From Candidatus Cloacimonadota bacterium (lineage in GTDB: Bacteria; Cloacimonadota; Cloacimonadia; JGIOTU-2), in NCBI GenBank assembly GCA_030613025.1, contig JAUWMT010000001.1, positions 16,013-80,012 on the forward strand: 64,000 nt of DNA. Reading direction: 5' to 3'. Positions within the stretch are counted from its first letter, which is position 1, and every line of letters begins with the position of its first letter. Position numbers and translations under genes: made by a program. Positions 20,864 to 29,580 of the stretch are shown here, in pieces. Under the pieces are notes generated by a model that was not told where the DNA came from, searched no databases, and saw nothing but the letters and a program-made list of their open reading frames with translations.

Positions 20864-22648
20864 ATGTTAGGTAAATCACGCTTAGGAAAATCACTCGTTG
20901 ATAATGGAATCATTGATAAAGATATTCTTAACAAGGCGCTTATTATTCAGGCAGACGAGGACCCATACAATCCCAGAAGGTTAGAAGATATTCTTGTTAC
21001 GGACCTTAGGATCAAACATGATGATGTATACGGTCTTCTGGCTGATTTGTATGCTTTCAGAAAAGTTGATATTAATATAGATAAAATTGACCAAACACAA
21101 ATTGATCATACAAAAGATATACTTGCAAAATTTCCAGATGAACTGAAAAGAGAATTGCTCTATAAAAAGGTGCTTCCTTATCAGATTGCGCAAGGACGTC
21201 GATCAACACTCATCCTTCTTGCAGCTGACCCGACTGACAAAATTGTTGAGAAAATCCCACTCAATACTGAATTTAAAAAATATGAGGTTGCCTATTGTAA
21301 GCTCTCTACTATTGAAGAGCTTATCACGCTCATTGCTCCTCAAAAAAATGAATTCTTAGAACTCCTCAGCGAAGCCGGTGAGCAGATAGAGGAAGTAAAA
21401 GAAGAGGGCCAGGAAGAGAAAGTCGATGAATATGCTCTTGATGATGAGATCAATAAGAGCTTACTCGTCAATCTCTTTGAGGGTAGTCTTATTGAAGCTG
21501 TTAGAAAAGGCGCAAGTGACATTCATATCATACCATATAAACGCTCAAATGTAGACTTTTTATTCCGGGTGGATGGCAAACTTCATCAATGGCACCGACA
21601 GGAAAAAACCTCTCCTGAAGCCATTGCAGCAGTGGTAAAAGATAGGACAAACGGGATTGACAGATTTGAAAGAGATAATGCACAGGATGGTTTTGCACAG
21701 CGTATTGTTGATGGCTATTTGATCCGATTTCGTATTTCTGTTCTTCCAATTATCTCTGCTGAGTACGAACGCCGCTTTGAAAGTATCGTGATACGTGTAG
21801 TTGATGACAGAAATGTCATCACAGACCTTCAAAAATTGGGTCTTCAAAAACAAGCAGAATCAGATTTCTTAAAAGCAGTTAATAAATCAAAAGGCATTGT
21901 ACTTCTGACCGGTCCTACTGGAAGTGGTAAAAGCACGACCCTCATGGCTGCGCTTCATCATGTGATCGATCCTACTAGAAATGTGCTCACCTGCGAAGAC
22001 CCTGTCGAGTATGTTATCAAAGGAGCACGGCAATTGAAGATCGGAGCGAAGATGACCTTTGAGCAGGCAATTCGCTCAATCCTTCGTCATGATCCGGATA
22101 TTGTAATGGTTGGTGAGATTCGTGATAAGATCACCGCAGATGTAGCAGTAAAACTTGCAAATACCGGCCATTTAACTTTCTCTACACTACACACAAATGA
22201 TGCCCCAAGTGCGATATCCCGTTTATATAAAATGGGTGTTGAGACCTTCCTTCTTGCCTATGCAATGAATATTATTATTGCCCAGCGTCTTGTCAGAAAA
22301 CTCTGCCCCGAATGCAGGCGTCCACTTTCGCGAGACAAATACAAAGGAGCTCTCGAACTGGGTCTCACGGAACAAGATTTGAAAAAGGGGTTAGTATATG
22401 AAGCTGGTCCCGGCTGTAAAAAATGTATGGATGGTTATAAAGGACGCGTGAACATCTGCGAAGCTCTATATTTTACAGATGAGATCAGAAAAGCGATCAT
22501 GGAATCCGGTAAAGAAATCGACGAAGATAAAATCCGCAAAATTGCAGAAAGTCAAGGCATGCTTTCTCTTCATGATTCCGGACTGGATAGAATCCGCAAA
22601 GGACTTACCTCTGTTTCTGAGGTGTCCTATGCGACTTCTGAAGGATAA
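20864..22648 (+). CDS. pilB: Type IV pilus assembly ATPase (PilB/GspE family)
   Basis: An N-terminal GspE_N-like domain is followed by the Walker A motif LLTGPTGSGKSTTL, Asp and His boxes (VGEIRD), and the tetracysteine motif CPECRR...CKKCMDGY. The protein is 594 aa. Confidence 0.9.
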   Translation: MLGKSRLGKSLVDNGIIDKDILNKALIIQADEDPYNPRRLEDILVTDLRIKHDDVYGLLADLYAFRKVDINIDKIDQTQIDHTKDILAKFPDELKRELLYKKVLPYQIAQGRRSTLILLAADPTDKIVEKIPLNTEFKKYEVAYCKLSTIEELITLIAPQKNEFLELLSEAGEQIEEVKEEGQEEKVDEYALDDEINKSLLVNLFEGSLIEAVRKGASDIHIIPYKRSNVDFLFRVDGKLHQWHRQEKTSPEAIAAVVKDRTNGIDRFERDNAQDGFAQRIVDGYLIRFRISVLPIISAEYERRFESIVIRVVDDRNVITDLQKLGLQKQAESDFLKAVNKSKGIVLLTGPTGSGKSTTLMAALHHVIDPTRNVLTCEDPVEYVIKGARQLKIGAKMTFEQAIRSILRHDPDIVMVGEIRDKITADVAVKLANTGHLTFSTLHTNDAPSAISRLYKMGVETFLLAYAMNIIIAQRLVRKLCPECRRPLSRDKYKGALELGLTEQDLKKGLVYEAGPGCKKCMDGYKGRVNICEALYFTDEIRKAIMESGKEIDEDKIRKIAESQGMLSLHDSGLDRIRKGLTSVSEVSYATSEG

Positions 22649-22650
22649 TA

Positions 22651-23085
22651 ATGACATCCGGACAAATATTCCTCATTCTTCTTGCAATGATTCTGTTTTC
22701 AACCATCTATCTGACAACGTACAACAGTCTCTTTGATCAGGCGGATATTGCGTATAAAGGGATGTATCTTTTGAACGGACAGAAAATTACCGATAAATAT
22801 TTTCAGGAGATCGAAGCAAATATACTTGGAGAAATAGTATTGTTTGATTCATTGCAGCATATCTATAACGGTTTGTCAGACACCCTTACTGTCTCTGATA
22901 TAGTCTATAATATAAACATTTCTACAACTCCATGCACTCAAAGCGGTGCAGATACGACTACCGTAACACCTGAATTCATTCGAATAGATATAAGCATGTG
23001 GGCAATCCACCCCGGCGGAGACACGCTCTGGATAGGTATGCCCGAATTTCCGATAAGTAAAGTTTTTGTGGACCTGTATTATTAA
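22651..23085 (+). CDS. Minor pilin-like protein with an N-terminal hydrophobic helix
   Basis: The 144-aa protein starts MTSGQIFLILLAMILFSTIYL and is immediately downstream of pilB. Confidence 0.4.
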   Translation: MTSGQIFLILLAMILFSTIYLTTYNSLFDQADIAYKGMYLLNGQKITDKYFQEIEANILGEIVLFDSLQHIYNGLSDTLTVSDIVYNINISTTPCTQSGADTTTVTPEFIRIDISMWAIHPGGDTLWIGMPEFPISKVFVDLYY

Positions 23086-23087
23086 TT

Positions 23088-23642
23088 ATGATTACATTAT
23101 TAGAATCAATCGCCGCAACGATAATTGGTGGAATATTTATTCTCACCATGATCACCTCGATCATTAATATTCAAGCGGTTGGTGTGAATACAAGTCAGCA
23201 GATTCAGCTGGTAGAAATTTCCGAAGATGTGGTCTCTGTGATAGAAAGTTATCTTTCTCTTGTGGGTGCCGGCGTGGCAGATTCAGTTGATGCGATCATA
23301 TCTACTCAAGACACCTTATTCAGCTACTCCTATGCTGATAGCGTTGGAGGATCTCCACACGTTGTTAATATGACGCAAGAAAATATTAACGGAGCAAAAC
23401 AGCTCTCTGTGTACGTAGATGGTAGCGTAACTCCTGCTCTTGGTCCCTTTGAATTATCTGATTTTGGTATTCAGTTCACCTATTATGATATTAATGACAA
23501 TCCAAATCCGGCAGATTCTCTTGTACGTTATGTTCAAATGATTATGGAATTTGAATATGATACCTACCGAGAGGATATAGATAAAAGATTTATTCGTCAT
23601 CGAATTCGAATCTGGAAATATTTTAAGAATCTATATTTATAG
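23088..23642 (+). CDS. Minor pilin-like protein with a TLLE (T-L-I-E-like) N-terminus
   Basis: The 184-aa protein starts MITLLESIAATIIGGIFILTMI. A Glu at position +5 relative to Ile2 mimics the mature type IV pilin N-terminus F-T-L-I-E, but only Met precedes it. Confidence 0.45.
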   Translation: MITLLESIAATIIGGIFILTMITSIINIQAVGVNTSQQIQLVEISEDVVSVIESYLSLVGAGVADSVDAIISTQDTLFSYSYADSVGGSPHVVNMTQENINGAKQLSVYVDGSVTPALGPFELSDFGIQFTYYDINDNPNPADSLVRYVQMIMEFEYDTYREDIDKRFIRHRIRIWKYFKNLYL

Positions 23643-23725
23643 TAATATGTATTTATTAATAAAAGTATTGACAAAAAGGCAAATAAAATGTCTTTTGCTG
23701 GTAGAAAATATTTTTTGATTAGGGG

Positions 23726-25594
23726 GTGCCCATGGGCAAAGCAGTTTTGATAATGATAATACTCCTTGCCGTGATCGTCGTTGTGGCGACTGTAACTGTT
23801 TCAGTTGAAAGAAAGGCTGATGTTATTCCAGAAAAGCTCGCAGAGAATGAAGTACGATCCGACCTGATAAATCTTGGAGCTTATGCTCTCAAGTGGGGTA
23901 TTAAACAAGTCCGCAATGAAAATATCACCGAATCAAATTCATCCATTTTTGATGATGAAAGTAGTTCTTATCATTATGCATTTTTTGATGTTCCTGCTCT
24001 TGACGGAAGTATCGATATGATCACCTATGAATTTGGCGATACTCTGACTGTCGAAGGAGGTGGTGGTGAAGGAGAGGAAGAAGAAGAGGAGGAAGAAGGC
24101 GTTACAATACCATCTCTTGATATGGTTTTTGCAAATGGAGCAATTACTCTTACCGGCAGCGCGAGTATCAATGGAACAACAGGAACTAACTCCACTGTTG
24201 ATAACAGTGTTAATTTTGCATGGAGCACACAGGTTGATGGTGATTTTTATGTAGGACCCGGCGCTGATTATACAAGTGTGATCAACTCTGCTGGGTGGGG
24301 ACGTGTACCAGAGGATAACATTACGGGTACAATTTCTAATCTACCTGCAACGAGAACTTATCCTCTTCCCACTTATCCTAATTTCCCGGAACTAACCGAT
24401 CAAGGTTCTTTCAGTACACCATGGACTCCTTCAGGAGAATATCTTATTGATGATGACGGATATTATTCTTCAATAAGTGCCACAAGCAGCAGAACGATCA
24501 CGATCGATGTGGGATCCGGTACCAGAAGAATAGTTGTCGGAAGTCTTAGTGTTGGGCAAGGATATATTGAACTTCTGGGAACCGGCGATCTTATATTTTA
24601 TGTTGAAAATTCATTTTCCCTTACAGGAAGCAGTATTATCAATACCGGCGGTGATGCAAGCAAGGTTCATATGTACTACTCGGGTGCAACAGACCTGAAT
24701 TTCGCCGGTGCGACCGCATATAATGGTTCTATTTATATTGAAACTGCCAATATTCACATAGGTGGTTCGGGCGGTATTACTGGTCATATTATTTGTGGCG
24801 GCTCAACGGTTGACGTCACTGGTGCAGCAAATGCCTATGTGAGAGCACTGTATGCCCCAAACGCAGCAGCATCAATTACCGGCTCCGGAAGTATTAGCGG
24901 AATCCTTGTAGCAAACACCATTTCTGTTTCTGGCAGTGGAAATATAACTGCTGATAACAGCTGGGCAGATCCGGTACCCGACATCGAAGATGATGAAGAT
25001 GAAGAAGCTTCAGAAGTTGCTGGATTTTATACAGTCCAGCTTGACATCACGGCACTTGTAAGTGAAGATGAATATGGAAATGAAACGGATCATACAAGCT
25101 TCGCAACTGTTCTCTTCAGCTATTCCGGCGGTGAATCAGAAGAGGAAGAAGAAACTCCAGCCCTTTCAATGGAAGCAGATCTTCATATAAATCCCACAAA
25201 CAATTCTTCTAAACGTTTTCAGATGCAAACGCCAAGTGGGCAGATAGATAGAGGAACGCTCCTTTCGGGCGGTTCATCATATACATACTCTGGTTCTGCA
25301 ACAGAAATTAGACTACAACCAAAATCAGACGGAAGAACTATTACTGTAAATGGAAGCGACATAACCCTCGCCACAAGTACCGCTTATACAATAACCTCAG
25401 ACAGCATGACCGTAAATCTTAGAAACTCTCACGGACCTGGAAATGCAATGGGTCATTGGTGGATTGAAATAACCTGCACCGACCCGACAGTTTCACCAGA
25501 TCCGGGGCTTCCTGAACCTGAAGAGGAAGAACCGGAAGAAGAAATTGGAGAAATAACCTTAGAGGACATCGAAATCCTCTACTGGCAACCGTAA
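23726..25594 (+). CDS. Large pilin-like or tip-associated protein with poly-Glu tracts and Gly/Ser/Thr-rich beta-helix-like repeats
   Basis: The 622-aa protein has an N-terminal transmembrane helix MPMGKAVLIMIILLAVIVVVATV. It contains acidic runs (GGGGEGEEEEEEEEG, DIEDDEDEEASE, ESEEEEET, PEPEEEEPEEE) and a repetitive region (ITGSGSISGILVANTISVSGSGNITAD). A strong ribosome-binding site AGGGGGTG precedes it. Confidence 0.5.
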   Translation: MPMGKAVLIMIILLAVIVVVATVTVSVERKADVIPEKLAENEVRSDLINLGAYALKWGIKQVRNENITESNSSIFDDESSSYHYAFFDVPALDGSIDMITYEFGDTLTVEGGGGEGEEEEEEEEGVTIPSLDMVFANGAITLTGSASINGTTGTNSTVDNSVNFAWSTQVDGDFYVGPGADYTSVINSAGWGRVPEDNITGTISNLPATRTYPLPTYPNFPELTDQGSFSTPWTPSGEYLIDDDGYYSSISATSSRTITIDVGSGTRRIVVGSLSVGQGYIELLGTGDLIFYVENSFSLTGSSIINTGGDASKVHMYYSGATDLNFAGATAYNGSIYIETANIHIGGSGGITGHIICGGSTVDVTGAANAYVRALYAPNAAASITGSGSISGILVANTISVSGSGNITADNSWADPVPDIEDDEDEEASEVAGFYTVQLDITALVSEDEYGNETDHTSFATVLFSYSGGESEEEEETPALSMEADLHINPTNNSSKRFQMQTPSGQIDRGTLLSGGSSYTYSGSATEIRLQPKSDGRTITVNGSDITLATSTAYTITSDSMTVNLRNSHGPGNAMGHWWIEITCTDPTVSPDPGLPEPEEEEPEEEIGEITLEDIEILYWQP

Positions 25595-25598
25595 AATC

Positions 25599-26489
25599 AT
25601 GGGAAAAGCAATTCTTGTCATCTCTCTTTTGTTACTTACCGTCGTAGTAGGCATTGTCATCTCCAGCGGTAAACGTGGCGGTGACGTTCCGGAAATCATC
25701 ACTGATGATATTGCACAGATACAAGCACGCTCACTTTCAAATTATGCGCTTCAATATGGTATAAGACAGCTTCTGAAGGGAAATGTCACATTTGTAGACA
25801 GCACGCGCGGTACAATTAATAACTTTGCACCCCTCGATGTTTTAGATGGTACTATAGATAGTATTATTTATTCACCTGCTACCGATGGAACGATCCGTGT
25901 AGATTCTTATGTGAGTTATCTCGAGTTGGAATCTCTGGTTAGTCATCACGGTTATGCACGATTTGGTTTTTATACAGACGAGGGGGCGGTTCTTAGCATC
26001 ACCGCTGCAATTGTTACGGGTGGTTCAATAACTGTTAAAGCCCAAGCAGTTATTAGTGGTATAGTTGTTGAAGATTCCACCTTCGATTTTGCCGGTGTTT
26101 TCGGTATGACAGAACAAGAATTTAAGGATGAGTGTATCTCGCGGGGCTCGTATATTGAAACTCCTGCCAATAATGAACCAATGCCTGATAGTCTGACCTG
26201 GATGAATGACGATTTACGAGTCCAGAGTAACTGGTCAGGGGCAGGAATTCTCGTTGTGAATGGTGATTTTAATGCAACTGCTCAAATTACTTTTGACGGA
26301 ATACTGGTCGTTTTTGGCGAACTCACCATTGGGGCTCACTCTAATATCACCGGTGCTGTGTATGTGATAGGGGATGCAACAGTTGGTGCTCATGCTGTTA
26401 TTAGCTTCGATGCAGATGTTGTTTCGGACGCCTTTGATGCTCTTCCTATAAACATCTCTTTAGAAATAGCGGAGTGGAATGAAGGATAA
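25599..26489 (+). CDS. Paralogue of the preceding protein (pilin-like N-terminus, beta-helix-like C-terminus)
   Basis: The 296-aa protein starts MGKAILVISLLLLTVVVGIVISS, which resembles the MPMGKAVLIM... start of its neighbour. Its C-terminus ITGAVYVIGDATVGAHAVISFDADVV is similar to repeats in the neighbour. Confidence 0.5.
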   Translation: MGKAILVISLLLLTVVVGIVISSGKRGGDVPEIITDDIAQIQARSLSNYALQYGIRQLLKGNVTFVDSTRGTINNFAPLDVLDGTIDSIIYSPATDGTIRVDSYVSYLELESLVSHHGYARFGFYTDEGAVLSITAAIVTGGSITVKAQAVISGIVVEDSTFDFAGVFGMTEQEFKDECISRGSYIETPANNEPMPDSLTWMNDDLRVQSNWSGAGILVVNGDFNATAQITFDGILVVFGELTIGAHSNITGAVYVIGDATVGAHAVISFDADVVSDAFDALPINISLEIAEWNEG

Positions 26490-26514
26490 AAAATAAATAA
26501 ATAAGGATAAACTT

Positions 26515-27414
26515 ATGGAGCAAATTAGATTATTAGATTCGGAAAAATTGATGTTTTTCTGGTGGTTAAAAATTCGCTGGTTTATTGTGCTCATACTTTT
26601 TGCGATCGGCTTACTTCGCATTGGCATGGTTAGCCAAACTATTCCTGTAGTCGTTTTTGTTGGTGCATTCCTCGGTATAAGCGTTCTCAATATTCTTTTT
26701 CATCTTCAGATCATTACTTCCAATAATATTATCGGAGCTACTCAGATCGTGCTAGATATTATTTTTGGAACCATAGTTGTTCATCTTACTGGTGGACTTG
26801 ACAGCTCGTTCGTTTGGATTTACCTCGTTGCGGTTGTCACTGCGAGTTTATCGATCGAAAAAGCAGGTGGTTTTATTGCGGCTATGATCGGAGGTATGAG
26901 CTTGCTGGTGCTAATTTTAATGTATAACTTCGGCTGGCTTTTGCCCGTTAATGGTAATGTATATAATTCAGATGTTGCGATCCAGACGATCTTTCTTATA
27001 TCCTACACGGGATTGTTCACTGTAATTGCTTTCATCTCAAGCTATACCAGCAATATAGTTAGAAAGCTTTCACTTAAAGTGCTGGAAGCGAATGACAAGC
27101 TCAAGAACCAGGAAGATTATTTACTGGATAAGGAAAAAAAGATGGTTATCGATGAAAAGCAAATCAAGGATTATAAAGAAGTCGTGCAAGTTTCGTCAAA
27201 TCTTGCTGGAATCGACCATGATATCAATAATCCTCTAAGCATCATCTCGCTTTCTTTAAGCAGAGTAAAAAGAGCGGCAAGCGAATATAATGATGAAAAG
27301 CTTCACAAATCCAGCAATCAAATTACAGAAGCGATAAATAAGATCAATGGTATCCTCGTACGGCTGCAAGATTTGAAGCGGCTACCTCTGATCAAGCAGG
27401 CAAGAAAAAAATAA
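26515..27414 (+). CDS. Polytopic membrane protein with a C-terminal HisKA (dimerisation/phosphoacceptor) domain and no ATPase domain
   Basis: About 5-6 transmembrane helices are followed by a coiled coil and the H-box NLAGIDHDINNPLSIISLSLSRV. The ORF ends about 60 aa later, so no HATPase_c domain is present. Confidence 0.6.
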   Translation: MEQIRLLDSEKLMFFWWLKIRWFIVLILFAIGLLRIGMVSQTIPVVVFVGAFLGISVLNILFHLQIITSNNIIGATQIVLDIIFGTIVVHLTGGLDSSFVWIYLVAVVTASLSIEKAGGFIAAMIGGMSLLVLILMYNFGWLLPVNGNVYNSDVAIQTIFLISYTGLFTVIAFISSYTSNIVRKLSLKVLEANDKLKNQEDYLLDKEKKMVIDEKQIKDYKEVVQVSSNLAGIDHDINNPLSIISLSLSRVKRAASEYNDEKLHKSSNQITEAINKINGILVRLQDLKRLPLIKQARKK

Positions 27415-27432
27415 ATCTGTCAGGATATTTAT

Positions 27433-28284
27433 ATGCAAAAACACATTTTAATCATCGATGACGAGGAAAGCATCAGAGAGCTGTGTAAAGAATTTTTGGA
27501 AGAAGACGGCTATAAGGTCACTCTTGCTGTTGACGGTCAAGATGGTCTTGATAAAATGAACTATGATGACTTTGATCTCTACATGATTGATATGGTCATG
27601 CCCCGCCTGGATGGGCTGGAAACCATGAAGCGTATCAAGAAGAAGCAACCCCTTGCCGTGATCATCATCACTACAGGATTTTCCAGTATCGAAGGTGCGG
27701 TAAAAGCAGTTCATGCTGGTGCGTTTCAGTATCTTTCCAAACCCATCAATGCAGAAGAACTTCTCGAAGCAGTAAAAAAGGGGGTGCAATATGGAGAAGA
27801 TCTATACGGTCCTCTTCAAAAAGCCTTTGAACCCGGAACTGAAGGCACAAAAAATGAGCCGGCTATGCTGCATGGATTCACCAAAGAAGAGAAGGTTGAT
27901 TTTTTGGCAATTGGAAGGGCACGCAAATTTGAAGCCGGTCAAACTATTGCTCTTGATAACGAAAACTCTGATTCAATCGTGCTTGTAGAATCCGGTGAAG
28001 TATCCATCTGGCTAAGTAATAACACCGTTGACTATCTCCGAAAGAATGATTCCTGGGCAGAAGAAAACTTCATACTGGCAAATTCCGAATTCACTACTCT
28101 TCGATCCGAAACAGCATGTATGATACGTTTTTTCGAAAGAAAGAAGCTTCTTGACTTCTTCGCCTACAAGGGCGAGCGTCTGATGAAACGGTTCATGATC
28201 AACCTCATTAATTGTCTCTTTTCAAAATGGAGAAAATCCATTCAACGTATTGTCATGCTCAAGCTCGTAACCGGAGAAAAATAA
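27433..28284 (+). CDS. Response-regulator receiver domain fused to a cyclic-nucleotide-binding-like (cNMP/Crp-type) domain
   Basis: The receiver domain has ILIIDDEES, the acceptor aspartate in LYMIDMVMP, and YLSKPI. The C-terminal ~120 aa (FLAIGRARKFEAGQTIALDNENSDSIVLVESGEVSIW...) resemble a cNMP-binding beta-barrel. Confidence 0.6.
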   Translation: MQKHILIIDDEESIRELCKEFLEEDGYKVTLAVDGQDGLDKMNYDDFDLYMIDMVMPRLDGLETMKRIKKKQPLAVIIITTGFSSIEGAVKAVHAGAFQYLSKPINAEELLEAVKKGVQYGEDLYGPLQKAFEPGTEGTKNEPAMLHGFTKEEKVDFLAIGRARKFEAGQTIALDNENSDSIVLVESGEVSIWLSNNTVDYLRKNDSWAEENFILANSEFTTLRSETACMIRFFERKKLLDFFAYKGERLMKRFMINLINCLFSKWRKSIQRIVMLKLVTGEK

Positions 28285-28358
28285 TCTTTCTTCAAGATCA
28301 ATTTATTTATGATATTGAATATGATAATCAACAATAACAAAGCATAGGCAGGTCTGCT

Positions 28359-29573
28359 ATGGGTTTATCATTTACACCGGAATTGCTTGTTGGTTTACCC
28401 GAATACTTAACTGGAACAAACCGTTTCCAGAACATTAATAAAATCATAACCTACAATGCTGCGTGGCGTGAAGAAGCATACGAACATCTTCGTAAACTTC
28501 TCAAGTACATGCGGGAAATAGATGCTTCTGACCTTGATATTGGCGGTCCCGGCTCAAACAATAATGTGTGGTACAGAATTTACGGAACTAAATCGCCCAA
28601 CAAGGAGATGCCTCATTATAATAACGATGAGGTAACAGCGATCCTTCTCAGCGTGCTTTCCGATGACCAGAAAGTGCTTCTTTTTAAAGATAAAAACGTT
28701 GACCTTTCTGTCGGTATGGTTCTTGAAGAAGGAGAACGATCGAGCAGGTTCCGTAGCGATATCTATTATGAAAGCAATGTACTTGTAGGAAACTTCCGTA
28801 GGATCAATCAAAATCTCTTTAAAATTGAATCTCTTGGATTTCCACTACCGATCATGCAAAGAATGGATCTGCAATATGAAAAATCCGGGCTCATCCTCAT
28901 TACCGGTATTACCGGTTCGGGAAAGAGCAGCACTTTGGATTCTATTATAGACATGAACAATCATAATAATGATGCACATATTATAATTCTTGGCGCACCC
29001 ATTGAGTATGTTCATAAGTCTGATAGGTGTATTCTTCGTCACAGGGAGGTCGGTGAAGATGTGCTTTCCTTTAAGAATGGTGTTGTTCAAGCTTTACGGC
29101 AAGATCCCGACATTATAATTGTCGGCGAGATGAGAGAGCCGGACACCATCGCCAGAGTGCTGGAAGCAACAGACAGTGGACATAAAGCATTTTCAACTCT
29201 GCATACAAGCTCTGCTATTGATAGTATTCATAGAATTGTAGGTGAATTCCCGACAAGAGAACAGGAGCGAATTCGTCTTCGCCTTGCTGATACGCTCTCT
29301 GTCATTATTTCTCAAAAATTGGTCCCAAATATACAAGGCAAACGAAGTCTCGCAAAAGAAATTCTTTCTGTGACACCTTCTGTAAAAGCAGCAATCCGAA
29401 ATCAGAATATTAATGAGATATATCAGATGATCACTGAAGGAAAAAAATACGGCATGATAACACTCGAACAGGATCTTTTCAATCTGCATAAGAAAGGTGA
29501 AATCTCAAAAGAGGTTGCTATGAACTACTCTAATAATAGAAAAAGAATGCAGCAGCTTCTAACTTACTCATAA
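28359..29573 (+). CDS. pilT: Type IV pilus retraction ATPase (PilT/PilU family)
   Basis: Contains the Walker A motif LILITGITGSGKSSTL, the Asp box GEMRE, and the His box AFSTLHTSSA. The protein is 404 aa with an N-terminal extension of about 60 aa and no tetracysteine motif. Confidence 0.85.
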   Translation: MGLSFTPELLVGLPEYLTGTNRFQNINKIITYNAAWREEAYEHLRKLLKYMREIDASDLDIGGPGSNNNVWYRIYGTKSPNKEMPHYNNDEVTAILLSVLSDDQKVLLFKDKNVDLSVGMVLEEGERSSRFRSDIYYESNVLVGNFRRINQNLFKIESLGFPLPIMQRMDLQYEKSGLILITGITGSGKSSTLDSIIDMNNHNNDAHIIILGAPIEYVHKSDRCILRHREVGEDVLSFKNGVVQALRQDPDIIIVGEMREPDTIARVLEATDSGHKAFSTLHTSSAIDSIHRIVGEFPTREQERIRLRLADTLSVIISQKLVPNIQGKRSLAKEILSVTPSVKAAIRNQNINEIYQMITEGKKYGMITLEQDLFNLHKKGEISKEVAMNYSNNRKRMQQLLTYS

Positions 29574-29580
29574 TTATATA

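Noticed and set aside
24055-24100. GAA/GAG-rich simple-sequence tract
   Set aside because: It is in frame inside the 622-aa ORF and encodes a poly-Glu run. It is a coding low-complexity region and not a non-coding microsatellite.
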